Positions 13,460 through 26,229 of a stretch of DNA of 64,000 bases are shown here, piece after piece (the first letter of the stretch is position 1; each line of letters opens with the position of its first letter). The position numbers were made by a program, and so were the translations under genes. Source of the stretch: Eledone cirrhosa (taxonomy: Eukaryota); contig OZ024740.1 of NCBI GenBank assembly GCA_964016885.1, positions 71,982,001 to 72,046,000 of the forward strand, in the 5' to 3' direction. The notes beneath the pieces were generated by a model. That model saw only the letters and a program-made list of their open reading frames with translations. It was not told the origin of the DNA and did not search any database.

Positions 13460-14378
13460 GACTATGTGTGTATATATATATGTGTATGTGTGTGTATGTG
13501 TCTATGTAAGTGTGTATCAGTGTATGTGTGTATCTGTGTATGTATGAGTTGGTGTGTGTGTCTATGTATCTATGCCTGAGTACATGTGTGTCTGAGTATG
13601 TGTGTGTATGTCTGTATATGTGTGTAACTGTATGTGTATGTGTGTCTTTGTGTATATGTGTGACTCCGTATGTGTGTCTTTGTGTATATGTGTGTCTGTG
13701 TATGTGTGGGTGCATGTATATGTATGTGTCGGTATATGTGTGGGTTGGTGTATGTGTGTGTCTGTGTAAGTGTGTGTCTATGTATGCGTGTGTTTATATA
13801 TATATATGTGTGTGTTTGTATGTGTGCGCATGTGCCTGTGTATGTATATGTGCACATGTATGTATAAGCAAATATATGTGGGTTTGTACATGTGTGTGTG
13901 TGTGCATGTGGATATATGTATATGCATGTATGTGTATTTGTGCATACATATCTATATATGGGTGCATGCTGGTGTGTATTTCTGTGTGAACCTGCATATA
14001 TATGTGTATATGTGCATATCTGTGTGTATTTCTATGTATATCACACCACCACCACCACCACTGCCGCCACCACCAACACCATGACCACAACCAGCACCAC
14101 CACCACCACAACCACCACCACCACAACCACCACAACCACAACCACAACCACCACCACCAAATCCACAGCCAACGCCACCAGCAAAACAACCCCACTACCA
14201 TCACCACCACCACCACTACCATCACCACTACCACCACCATAACCCTAACCACCACAACCACCACCACTTCCATCAACACCACCACCACCACAACCACCAT
14301 CACCCCAACCACCACCACTACCACAACCACCAACACCAACCACCACCAACACTACCACCACCACTACTACAACCAACA

Positions 14379-14413
<35 letters not shown>

Positions 14414-14631
14414 CAACACTACCACCACCACCACAACAACCACCATCACCACCACCACCACCACTACCAACACCAACCACCACCACCACCACCAACACCA
14501 CAACCACCACCACCACCAACACTACCACCACCACTACCATCACTACCACCACCACCATTACCACAACCAACACCAACCGCCACCAACCACTACCACAACC
14601 AACACCAACCACCACCACCACTGCCACCACC

Positions 14632-14663
<32 letters not shown>

Positions 14664-15104
14664 CAACAACAACAACTGCTGGGCTATTATATAGAAGCAG
14701 ACTTTTGTCTTGTTTGAAAAGAAAAATATAAAAGCAAGGTTTCCAAAATGACCATCAGCCCCATTCACCAGAGACAGATGTGTGAAGAAGAAATTGGTCG
14801 GCTTTTGAGGAATTATTCCAAGGTAACCAATGCCAATTGGTAACTTGGCAATAATTGGCTGTTGTTGGCACTTGTTTATGTCTTGGCACACATAGGGAAC
14901 ATGTATGTATGTATGTACATGTGTATGTGTCTGTGTCTATTATGTATGTATGTATGTATGTATGTATGTATGTATGTATGTATGTATGTATGTATGTATG
15001 GATGGATGGATGTATATATGTACGTGTGTATATATATATGGATGGATATATGTATGTGTGTATATATATGTATATATAGATGTATGTATGTATATATGTA
15101 CGTG

Positions 15105-15138
<34 letters not shown>

Positions 15139-15275
15139 TGTATGTATGTATGTATGTATGTATGTATGTGTGTGTGTGTATGCATGTATGTATATATGTT
15201 TGTATGTATGTGCACGCATATGTACATATGTATGTATGTACGTATATATGTATGTATGTATGTGTGTGTGTATGT
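13460..15275. repeat. Degenerate (TG/TA)n, (ACC/AAC)n and (TATG)n tracts with a unique island at about 14680-14900
   Basis: Directly visible simple repeats. Confidence 0.9.
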
Positions 15276-15279
15276 CTGT

Positions 15280-15922
15280 TCTTCTGGTTTTATTATTTTA
15301 TTATTTTATAAATGTCCCCAATAGAGAGAGAGAGAGCCAGTTTTTAACATAGACACAAGACTTTCATTGGAATTTAGACAATATCAACTAGGTAGATATG
15401 TAGATATGTATGTGTTTTATGTGTATGTGTGGATATGGGGGTGGTGGTGCAAGTATGGGTGCTATTGTATGCATGGATCTGCATGTTTTGAGTTATAAGT
15501 GTACATGTGTATGTGTCTGTGTCTATACATATGTATATGTAGTCATTACATGCAGAATTTCTTCAATGTTTTACATATTTTTACAGTGTACTTGTAACTT
15601 TCTAACTAGCCATGCACTTTCTGGTTCTGTGAAGTCCAGCTTCTCAAGATTTGTACTGAGGTAGTTACTAACGTATCCCAGAGCTCCAATTATCACAGGT
15701 ATAAATCTAAAAGTATAGTCAGAATGTAGTATCTGTAGATTCATCATTAGTTCAGTATAAATATTCTTTTTTTTTTGGCTAATCTTTATCATTATATTGA
15801 CATCTAATTGGCAGTTTATTCCCACTACTGTGTATGGCATCTTTTATTTGTCCTATATCACTATGTCTGGTTTGTAGTGATGTATTTTATTGTGCTTTTG
15901 ATTGGAACATTCCACCATTACT
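15280..15922 (-). mobile_element. R4/Dong-like RLE LINE 3' fragment
   Basis: Minus-strand translation VVGINCQLDVN...YTELMMNLQILHSDYTFRFIPVIIGALG aligns with the RLE C-terminus at 41957-42445. The fragment ends in (CATA)n. Confidence 0.75.
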
Positions 15923-16079
15923 CATGTATGTATGTATGTATGTATGTATGTATGTATGTATGTATGTATGTATGTATGTATGTATGTATGTATGTGTATA
16001 TGTATGTATGTGTGTATGTATGTACGTATGTATGTATATGTGCATTATGTGTATGTATATGAATGTGTATGTATGTGTG

Positions 16080-16134
<55 letters not shown>

Positions 16135-16525
16135 ATATATATATGTGTATATACATGTATGTGTGTATATATATGTATGTGTGTATGTATGTGTATTATT
16201 GTATGTGTATGGTAATATTATCAAGGAAGATTCTGTGCTGTACATGTATGTTGTATTGTGTATGTATGTATTATTTTGTGTGCATGTGTGTGTGTTGTTC
16301 TATGTATATGTGTGTTGGGAGTGGTAATATTATGAAGGAACATGCTGTACTTAATATGTGTGTATATTTCTGCCATAGTTATAATTTAATATATATTTTA
16401 AATGAGTCCTGCCCATGCTGGCATGGATAAACAGATGTTAAATGATGATGAGGATATATTCAAAATGGGCTGGGCCCCCTTGAACCCACTTAACTCATGT
16501 GTTAATCTGGCACTGATAAAAAGAG

Positions 16526-16764
16526 TTAACCCTTTCAGGGTTCTATTTCTAATGAGATACACTCTATTTTAATTAATTAACAAAGGATTGTGAGGGATTT
16601 ACCCAAATCATTAATTATCTCAGTACTAAGACAGTAACCCAACATATGGCTCTTTTATAAAATTTTGTTGGAAATTTTTATTTATATAGGAGCCTTTTAA
16701 AATAAGTGGCTTTGTTTCATAGAATCACAGTTGGTTTGGGCCTGGTTTATACCAAAAGGGTTAG
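16526..16764. mobile_element. piggyBac-like MITE (tentative)
   Basis: TTAA|CCCTTT...AAAGGG|TTAG ends around an AT-rich dispersed repeat. Confidence 0.35.
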
Positions 16765-17064
16765 TGAGAACAGTTAATGTATACAATGAGAGTCTTATAA
16801 AATCTAGACAAAGATGGGCTCGGCCAATTGTAAGTGGACAAGACATGCCCTATTTTACAATGGCATCTCTGGGACTCCAACAGGAATTATGAGTTTGGTT
16901 AATACAATACAAGAGTTAGTAACCAGGAAGACTGAATGAAGAAAATAAAGCATAGACTAAACAATAAAAGATCAATATTCTACTAGTGTGATATACATTG
17001 ATAAGACTATTAACTTTATTTTCTTTATTCATGTTTCTTATATTTACATTACATATCATGTATA

Positions 17065-17495
17065 TATCATCATCACCGTTTTATGTCTATCTTTCCACGC
17101 TAGCATAGGTTAGACGAGTAGTCCTGTTATGGGCAATGCCAGGTCAGGTGAGCATGTCTTGCTCATACAGAACTGATTTTGGCTTGATTTCTACAGCTGG
17201 ATGGCCTTCCTAACAGCCTCATTTACTGTGAGTATTGGGTGCTTTTTGTCGTGACACCTACACAACCACTTTACAGAGGGAGGGGTGGGGGCATACTGTA
17301 TATATGCTTCAGCTTTGGCCTGTACCTGTGGGAAGTTGGGTCTTCCATATTACTGTGTAACGCCAGAGGTCTCAGTCCTGTGTTGTCGCCTTTGAGAGGT
17401 ACAATTGGGCAAGATTGGCTTTTATCACCTCATCCCAGGTCTTCTTGGGTCTCCCCACTCCAAGGCTTCCATCGACTATGAGTACTCTACACCTA
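17065..17495 (-). mobile_element. 5'-truncated RTE LINE 3' end
   Basis: Homologous to 34660-35140, covering the GRP..TWDEVIK coding end, the 3' UTR and the (GAT)n tail. Confidence 0.8.
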
Positions 17496-17545
17496 CACGA
17501 ATTTTAAAACATCACACACATGCACATACACATTTTATTTACCTG

Positions 17546-17582
17546 TTCTAATATTTCGGGTCTAAAACCCTTCATCAGAAGA
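17546..17582 (-). ncRNA. Hammerhead ribozyme motif (Penelope-type)
   Basis: CTGATGA-aGGGT-tttag-ACCC-GAAA-TATT. Stem II and the palindromic stem III are clear, but stem I is weak. Confidence 0.5.
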
Positions 17583-18423
17583 AGAAACTGGATCAAAGTT
17601 TGTACAATTGTTGATGTTACTGAATCACTATTTTTCTCTTTTGCTGCCTGCATTGGGAGAGTGATGTCATCTGTGGACTGATGTGTATAATATTGTGTGT
17701 GCATGTTGCTGTCAAATATTCTGTGTTTTTGTTTATGTTTTTATGTCCAAATTTTTCAATGCAAATGTTGTGTCAAGCTGCAATAGATTGGATAGTTTAG
17801 CTCTTCTGGATTGGGTTATATGTTAGGGCCTGTGTATGCATGTGTGTATATGTTGAATGTTGTGTGTAGTTGTAATTGTCTGTAAGAGTTGGTTATTATG
17901 CATGTGTGCATTATTATGTCAGAAGTTACATGTGCTCGCTTTTATGCAAGCAGGGAAAAGCGAATGTAAAATGATGATGATGATGATGATGATTGCATGC
18001 TGAGTTCTAATTTGTTTGTTGATTTGTGGGTTTAGCCTAGCTATTAGTATTCCTTCTTTGAGTCCAATGTTGTCTAAGTGCCTCTCCCTGGCTTAACTAG
18101 TAACTGTTATGTCTTTGTTGTTTTTGCATTTAAATATAATATAACTATTATACTTAATTTTATCATTATACTTTAATCGTATTTTGTTACAAGAAGCTCA
18201 GTACTGTGACTTTTGTTAATCTTCTTATTATATTTTATTATATTACCATCGTTATTGCTACAGTTATCACTATCATAGCGAATATTATGAATTAGTATCT
18301 TGGCTGTTATTAATCATAGAATTCGTGACAAAAGCTATTATTACTCTGTTTGTTATGACACATTGCTATTATAGTGATAAATAGCAATGGGTATAACCAT
18401 TAAGATTGCGAGCAATTTTAAAC

Positions 18424-18455
<32 letters not shown>

Positions 18456-18664
18456 GGCGACCTACGTAGTAAATCGTATCATCGTGAGCTCCGCAAAGGT
18501 TTGTTATTTCCGTTTGTTAAAAATTGCCATATATGCAAAATTTTATTGTTAACTGTTTATAAGCGCACATACATTGTTTTCCGAAAAGGACACCCAAAAA
18601 GATTGGGGCCTTGTGCCCAAAATTTAAACTTTTATGATTATCAAAAAATTTCTTTGAAAATAAA

Positions 18665-20607
18665 ATGGCTAATTCACCTCTGCACCAAGCAGCTGAGAGC
18701 CTTCCTCACAAACTACTAACACCTCACACCGACACCACCATTGTAAATGTTACTACGTTTGCCAACACTAAAAAAAATATAAGCAGTAGCAATATTTTAA
18801 ATTTGTCTCAGGCAGACATTCATTTCCCGCCATTTACCAATGACTGCAAGTGTTAAAGCCGCCGCCACCACCACCACCGCGACAACCACCATCCCCACCA
18901 CCACCGCGACAACAGAAACAAAAGGAAAAAATAATCAACTCGTGATGTCGAAATGTTTTCAACCAAAATGGACTCTTCCACACGGAACACCACTGACGCC
19001 ACCACCACCACAACTGAAACTAAAATTAATAATAACAAAAATAACGATAACAACAACAGCAACAACGACATTAAAAAAACCACCCTGAGTTTTGCCAGAG
19101 TAGCAAAACAGTGCGAAGCATTTACGGTAATTCAGGAGGAATTAGAAAATGCCAAAAAAATGGTAAAGAAAGATGGGTACAGGGTCAGCCTCACCCTCAC
19201 CCCCACCACCACACACACCTAATAAAATGGAGCATCGGCGCCTATGCACCGTGTCGTATCGAACAATTAATGTAAAATCGCGCCGAGTGGAACGGGCATC
19301 CGAGTCCCAAATCCAAAAAGCTTTGGGACATGTGTGGGCAAGAAAAACCCACATCAGACGTGGGCAGAAGTATGGAACCGTGGACGTGTTCTTTGAAACA
19401 CCAGAGGAGGCTAGAGAACACTCCATTAAGAAGTGATGACTTCACACTCGTCCCAAGCTATTGTGACCAGGGACTCGTAAAGATCAGGGTGACCCACGTT
19501 CCCTGGCTAATAGCGGCCGTCCTCGCCGGCATCGAAGCCAACATCAAGATAATAGCAATAGCAAAAGAAAAGCAGGAGAACTGGTCCGGATCTGGGATGG
19601 AGCTCCTGATCCAAGCGGACCAAAAAAGCATTGAGGAGATCCCAGAGGTAATAGACCTCACTGACGGCAGCCACCTCACCGTAATTGTCGAGGGCAGAAG
19701 GCCTTGGTGTGTCGTTTGTGGTGAAGGAACCCACCTAAGGGCTTTCTGCCCTCAGGCTAAAAGGTTGAGGCCACCTCTCCTACCCACACCAGTGACACAA
19801 CCATCAACACCACCAGTAGCAGAGATGGCAGCAACAACAGAAGCAACTATAACAGCAACAACCCCAGCAACAGTAGCAAAACCAACACCGCCACCACCCA
19901 ACGCTTCAGAACTAGCACCAGCGCCTACACCATCCACCACGCCACAACCAAAACTAACGCCTGTTGAGGATTTTCCACTCCCCGGCATATCACAACTGGA
20001 GACAGATTGTGACGACGAGGAGTGGGAAACGGTATCAGGAAAAAAGAAAAAAAGAAACCCAAAAAGAAAAAATTCTCTTCCATCCCCCTCCAAAAACAAA
20101 ATACAGAGGGAAACAAATAAATTAACAAACAAAAAAGTTAGGACAGATATACCACCATCCACACCAGCATCACCAACCCCATCACCCCAAACACCAACAC
20201 CATCACCATTATTAACCCCAACACCACCATCACCTACACCACAAAAGTCACCAAAATGCGAAACAGAAACAAACCCACAACAAACGCAAACAAAACAAAA
20301 CAACCAAAACGATACACACTACACAGCATTAAATTTGAACAACCAATTATTACACTACATCCAACACAACACCAGCATCACAGAAAAAGACTACACAACA
20401 ACCCAAAAATTCACACCACCTCCACACATACAAATCACTCGCATCACACAGAAAACGTACATGACACTAAAACAAAAATTCCCCAAAGACATCGGAAACT
20501 TCCGACAAGCACTCTCCAGGAGGATTTATAAGGACATCCTTCCTGAGGAGGCCACAAGCAGTGAAAAGGATGGAAAAACCGTCCTTCCTCTACGAGAAGT
20601 AAGGTAA
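18665..20607 (+). pseudogene. Tx1 ORF1 (gag-like nucleic-acid-binding protein), frameshifted
   Basis: Overlapping fragments include an RRM-like segment (GTVDVFFETPEEA), a CxxCxxxxHxxxxC knuckle (CVVCGEGTHLRAFC), a Pro/Thr-rich linker and the basic motif EEWETVSGKKKKR. The start position is uncertain. Confidence 0.7.
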
Positions 20608-20641
20608 GTGGTCTTTCCCATCTTTTCTACTCCTTTTCAAC

Positions 20642-23600
20642 ATGACCTCACTCAGAATAGGCAGCATAAATGCGCGTGGCTTGGGGTCGTCATGGAAGCA
20701 GAGCCACCTGCTTAACTGCCTCAGGTCACTAAACATAGATGTAGTGGCCATCAGCGAGACCAGAATCTCCGAAGCACGGGCCTTCGCACCGATCTTCGGC
20801 GGCTACGATGTATACGCATCTCTCAGCCGTCCGGGATGGGGGGGGGGGCGCGGAGTTGCTGTGCTTTTTCGGAGAGGTTTGGATCTTGCCATACGGGCCA
20901 TCTTCCTAGACCCAGAAGGTAAGTTGGTGGTGCTGGACGTGACCAGCGGAGACGGGCAAGCTTTCAGGTTAGTGGCCGTCTATGCCCCGACAGGAGCAGG
21001 GCGGCCTGATTTCTTCCGGCATCTGGAGACCTTTCTTGGAACGTCTCGCTCTTTAGTGTTAGTGGGCGACTGGAACGGGATCTTAGATGCACGCTGGCAT
21101 TGTGTGGGATTAGTGGATAGGGAAGGAGGGTGCAAGAGTCTCACCAACTTGCTCAGGCGTTTTGAACTGTCTGACAGGTACTGATTGGATTTCCCGAATG
21201 TACCAATGTGGACTTGGACAAATCGTATAGGGTCATCCAGATCATATCTAGATAGAGTATTTTGTAGGGAAATAGATAGGTCTAGCATAGGCTGTCCACA
21301 ATTCAAGATAGTCAGCTACACGGACCACAAATTTGTGATCTGTGTGCTTGACTTAGATAGGCTTCATAGACGAGGACCCGGCTACTGGAAGCTAAACGCG
21401 TCCTTACAGCGCGCAAGGCCTACAGAGACCGGATTAGCGAACTAGTTAAGCGGGCGTTGACGGGGGCCATCGTCAACAACAAGTGGAGGTTTGCTCTGAA
21501 AAGAGCGATTAGAATAGAATCCATTAGGTTTAGTAAGGCTTTAGCAATAGAGAAAAATAGAGCAGAGGGAGAATTAGTTAGAAAATTAGACGAGGCGCTT
21601 TGCAAAGGCATCGCGACCGACGTACTTGCGGCGAAATTGGCCCTTGACCAATTCTTCAATGCAAAGCATGAAGGCTGCGTTGTCAGAGCTAGGGTGCGTG
21701 CTCTCAGACACGAGGGGACGAAAGCCGTTCAATGGGACCGAGTGGCGGAGGCGCGTTGTGGCAACAAAGCCATGATCCGGTCTTTGGTGGACCACGACGG
21801 GCGCATGCTACTCGATCCCGGGCAAATGTGTGAAGCTTTTCAGCGACACTTCGCTCAACTGTTCGGGGGCAGTGGCGGGCCAGATCGAGGGATGGACTTT
21901 AGTGTCTACTTCGACGGACTGCCGCGGCTCTCGGCCACTGAGGCGGAGTGTTGCGAAAAGTCGATAACAGCCGCTGAAGTACGGGAGGCAATGACTGGTT
22001 GCACAAGGGGTAAATCGCCTGGTTTGGATGGTCTGCCCTATGAACTTTACGTACAAATGTCAGACTTGTTCGGAGGCCTCTTGGCGGACGTCTACTGCAA
22101 CTGGCAACAGAACGGGAGAATTCCCAGCTCTGTGAGCCGAGGAGCGGTGGCCCTGCTGAGAAAGGATCCGAACAAGGGGGATAACATAGATAATTTTAGG
22201 CCCATAACTCTGCTAAACACAGAGTTCAAGATTTTGGCCAAGGTGCTAGCAAAGAGGTTGGCGCTTGTCGTTGTTGGTCTGGTGGGAGAGGCGCAGACAT
22301 GCGCCATTCCCGACAGATCCATCCACGACAACCTCCACCTCATGCGATACATCGTAGAGAGGGTAGCTAGGGAACCTGGCACGGGTGGGTCTTTGATCAA
22401 TTTAGATCAGTCAAAAGCCTTCGATAGGGTCGACCATCGTTACCTAGCGGCAGTCCTGAGGGCGGCTCGCTTTGGGCCCGTCTTCAGAGGCTGGATCACT
22501 GCCATGCACAGCGACATCTGCTCTGTAGTGGGAGTGAACGGTCACCTTTCAGAACCGTTCAACATCATGCGCTCGGTCCGCCAAGGATGTCCCCTCTCGT
22601 CCCTATTGTATGTATTGACTCTCGAGCCATTACTGCACAAACTGGAGACGTTGAGGGGGGTCCCGCGCAAACTAGGATGCGGAAGATCCATGTCAGCATA
22701 TGCGGACGATGTCACCGTAGTGGTGTCGAACGCCAAACACATCGAGGCGATCGGCACTACACTAAGAGAATACGAAGCGGTGACAGGAGCAATGATCAAC
22801 CAGGAAAAGTCAGTGGGCCTGCAGCTCGGCACCTGGAGAGGCAGGTCCATGCCGTCCAACAGCGACGTCGGGCGCTGGACGGACGGACCGGTTAAATTGC
22901 TAGGGGTCTGGTTCGGTCCAGACCTCCAGATGGACAAAAACTGGGACGAGGTGACGAGCAGGGTGGCTTCTCTCACCCAGAAATGGGCCGAGAGGAAGCT
23001 ATCCCTGAAAGGTCGAGCGGAGGTGGCTAACGCGTACATCGCGTCCGTCATCTACTACCGCCTGACCGTCGTACCTTGTCCTAAGCCCCGCCTGACTGCG
23101 CTGGAGCGTTTGCTCTTTCGCTTTTTGTGGAGGGGACGCGCTCCGATGGTCAGGCGGTCCATCTGCTGTCAACACCCGCCACGTGGAGGGCTGGGCATGC
23201 CGTGGCTATGATGCGCAGACACGCGCTGAGGCTACGACATCTCCACCTCTTCCTCGACGGTGATCAGGTGTGGTCGCCGTTTGCTAGACACGTCTTTCCC
23301 CAGCTCATCTCCTTGACGGAGCTGCAGTCCTGGGTCAAGCGAAGACCGAGTGGGAGCGCTTGGAGACTGGAATGTCTTCAGGCGCTCACAGCCCTCGACC
23401 AATCGGGCAATGTGAACGGTGGAAACTCCACCTTGGCGTTCTATAGATGATTAGTGGAGGGGAAGAGCGACGACGTACTTGGAGAAACTCTAGGCGTCGA
23501 CGAAAATCAACTAGCCAATCTCTTTGGAAGGACTTTCGGGCCGGGGCCTATGGACAACTTCCAGAAATCCCTGGCCTGGCAGTGCTACCGGGGAGCTTTG

Positions 23601-24065
23601 CCAGTTCGGGATAAACTCTACAGGCATGGAGGTGCCGTCAGCCGGGCATGTCCGAGATGCGCACAGGGCGACGAAACCGTCCTGCACGCACTCGTGCAGT
23701 GTCCGAGCATTGCTGACTTGTGGGTTTATGTCGAACACCTGCTGTCACGTGTAGGACGGATCCAGCTATCAGCTGAGTCCATCGTGAGGATTGCCCCGCC
23801 CTCTTCCTTAAGCCGGGAAGGGCAGGCAGTTTTTATCTGTCTGGTGGCCATGGCGAAAGAGATAGTATGGTGGACACGTTTGAAAGGGCTGAAGACAAGC
23901 ACTTAACTCTTCGGTGATGCCCTGATTAACTTTTTCAAATTTCATTTGAAAAGGAAAATCAGGGTAGAGAGGGAAGTGCTCTCTTCCCAGCATTTTGTTG
24001 AAAGATGGGTGAGAGAAGCAAGTATGGCCCGAATGAATGGGCCTTCTCTGAGTATGTGTCTGTAA
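20642..24065 (+). pseudogene. Tx1 ORF2 (APE endonuclease-reverse transcriptase), disrupted
   Basis: APE motifs: SINARGL, ISET, VYAP, GDWN, SYLDR, TDH. RT motifs: KSPGLDGL, FRPITLLN, LDQSKAFDRVDH, VRQGCPLS, AYADD. C-terminal CPRC..ETVLHALVQC. Stops at 21182, 23448 and 23904, frameshifts near 21430 and 23200, terminal TAA at 24063-24065. Confidence 0.92.
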
Positions 24066-24529
24066 ATTAAAGGTGGAAAACTGGGAGAGGGCACTTGCCC
24101 TGGTGGTCAGGGTCACTGTGGTCTTTTAATGGGCTTTCTCCACAAATGTCCCTCGGAAGTCTCCCCCCTATTGGGGAATTTTTCTTTGTTATTTTATTAC
24201 ATCCTCTGTTTTTTTACACGCAGAAATGCCCATTTGTACTGTTCTGTATTGTCCTGTACTGTCCTTAATGTCTACTTTATGTAAACCCTTGTGGTTAATA
24301 AAGAAAACATTATTATTATTATTATTATTACCAAAGTACCAGTAATGCACTGGGATAATTGCTGGCCTTGTACCAAAAGTAGAAATAATAATTATTATTA
24401 TTATTATCCTCATCATTATTATTATTTATATAATTTTTCTTTATTAACTTCTCCATACTTATAAATCAGCTTCCTAATCAGTACTACTATAATTCTTTAT
24501 TAATTTCATCAAAATCAGCATCTTAATCA

Positions 24530-24728
24530 GAGCGTCGGACATCCTGCTCCATGGTCTCTTGTTACAGCCCTTTACATTCTGAGTTCAAATCCCGCCAAGG
24601 TTAGCTTTGCCTTTCATCTTTATGGAGTCGATAAAGTAAAGTACCAGTCATGCACCGGGGTCAATTTAATTGACTTTCCCCTCCCCAAAATCGCTGGCCT
24701 TGTGCTTAAATCAGAAACCATTATTATT
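24530..24728 (+). mobile_element. tRNA-derived SINE family A, 5' truncated
   Basis: B box GAGTTCAAATCC, central GCCTTTCATC..GGGTCGATAAA..AAGTACCAG domain and (ATT)n tail. Confidence 0.8.
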
Positions 24729-25204
24729 GCAATTGTTACCACTACTACGCAAACTTTTAACTTACATATAAGTTAGCACAAAAATCCAGCACATGAATTT
24801 TATTTACTTCTTTAAGTTTACATGCTCAACTTGACTAAAAACTAGTCATGCATAAAAAAATTATTCTTTAGAAATAACCTTCACCCACCGCGCTATCCTT
24901 CCACCTACTCCAGTAAACCCTGCCTCCCTCCCCTCCTCTTTTATATATCACTAGTATTTCTCATCTGCCCCTCTCCTTTCATTTGATCTTCTTTCTCTGC
25001 TTCTCCTTCTTCTTCTTCTTCTTCTTTTCGTCTCCATCCCCTCTTCATCTCCTTTCCTCTCCTCCCAATTCCTCATTAATTAAGTGATCTTTCTTCTTTT
25101 CTCCTCCCCTCTTTCCTTCTTTCCGTCTACCACCACCACCACCTATATTATTAGAAAAGGCTTCCCACCCCCTCAACTACCACCAAATAGATACCTATAA
25201 ATAA

Positions 25205-25790
25205 CCAGATGTGACATGCTGTGACACATTCTCTGCCTCCAACTTAGTCACTTCAGCCACAAACACTAGTACTGCAGCCTGCAATGCAGAGGACAGGATG
25301 ACAAACAAATACCGGTGCCTGCCCAGCTGCTTCCGCTTTGTACCAGTCACCGTTGAGACCTCAGGCATCCTTGGACCCCATACAGCCAAGCTCCTCCACA
25401 AAATCAGAACATCAGCAGCCCATCTGAGGAAGGAGCCCTGTGAGGTGGGGTGACTGTTGCAGCAGATATTGTTGGCATTTGTCTGCAGAAATGCCTTTGC
25501 AATTTTGTCTGCAGGGCACAGCCAAAACACTGCTCTAACATAGGTGTAGAGTCTGCCATTCTCTCCCCTTCCCCATTTCTTTCTTCCCTTGCCTAATAGT
25601 CCTTGCTCTTCCCCTCCTTTTCATCTCATTTATGACCTCTATAGTTCGTTCTTTTACTTTCCTATACACCTAAATCTGCTCTTCTTTACCACTTCTCCTT
25701 TCCCCCCCCCCCCTTTTTCCTTTCTTAAATTTGTTTTTATCCTTTTTTAATATTTTTATCATTGTATAACTTTTGTTTAATAAATTCCAA
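25205..25790 (+). mobile_element. CRE-clade-like RLE LINE 3' fragment
   Basis: DVTCCDTF...AACNAEDRMTNKY...FVPVTVETSGILG fits the D...AE..K..KY...F.P...ET.G RLE signature. A pyrimidine-rich UTR follows. Confidence 0.7.
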
Positions 25791-25894
25791 CTAAATAACC
25801 AGAACTGATCAATTTTATCTGACATTCCAGATGATTTCATATGGATGAAACAGTTCTAGTCTTGTAGAAGTCATTTCTATATTTAATATATATG

Positions 25895-26060
25895 TGCAAA
25901 GGTAAAACGAAACAACAAAGCAAATAACACAGTACAATGAAGAAATATATTAGTTTAATGCTTGGTATAGTAGAAATAAAGTTTTTACGTTTCAGACACT
26001 AGTCCTTCATCAGAAGATAGAATGAGAAATAAAAAACGAAATAGAAAGATAAAGAGTGAG
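25895..26060 (-). mobile_element. Penelope-type short repeat with hammerhead motif (25982-26017)
   Basis: Minus strand TCTT-CTGATGA-aGGAC-tagt-GTCT-GAAACGTA. Confidence 0.6.
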
Positions 26061-26229
26061 AAGAAGGAACAGAAAATTTTTTTTTTAGAAAAACCATGTG
26101 TGTATTCAGTCAGTCATGTTGAGACACACACACACACACATATATATATATACATATATACTGCATATATATCATCATCATCATTTTACGTCTGCTTTTC
26201 CCTGCTTATAATACTATATAGTATACATA

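Larger units (their letters stand above)
18456..24330 (+). mobile_element. Tx1/L1-clade non-LTR retrotransposon, near full length, inactivated
   Basis: ORF1 carries a CCHC knuckle. ORF2 carries APE endonuclease, RT and C-terminal zinc motifs. The 3' UTR has AATAAA followed by a (TTA)n tail, and (TTA)n also precedes the inferred 5' end. Confidence 0.9.

Noticed and set aside
8534-16430. Numerous His-, Thr-, Val-, Cys/Val- and Tyr/Ile-rich ORFs
   Set aside because: These are translations of di-, tri- and tetranucleotide microsatellites.
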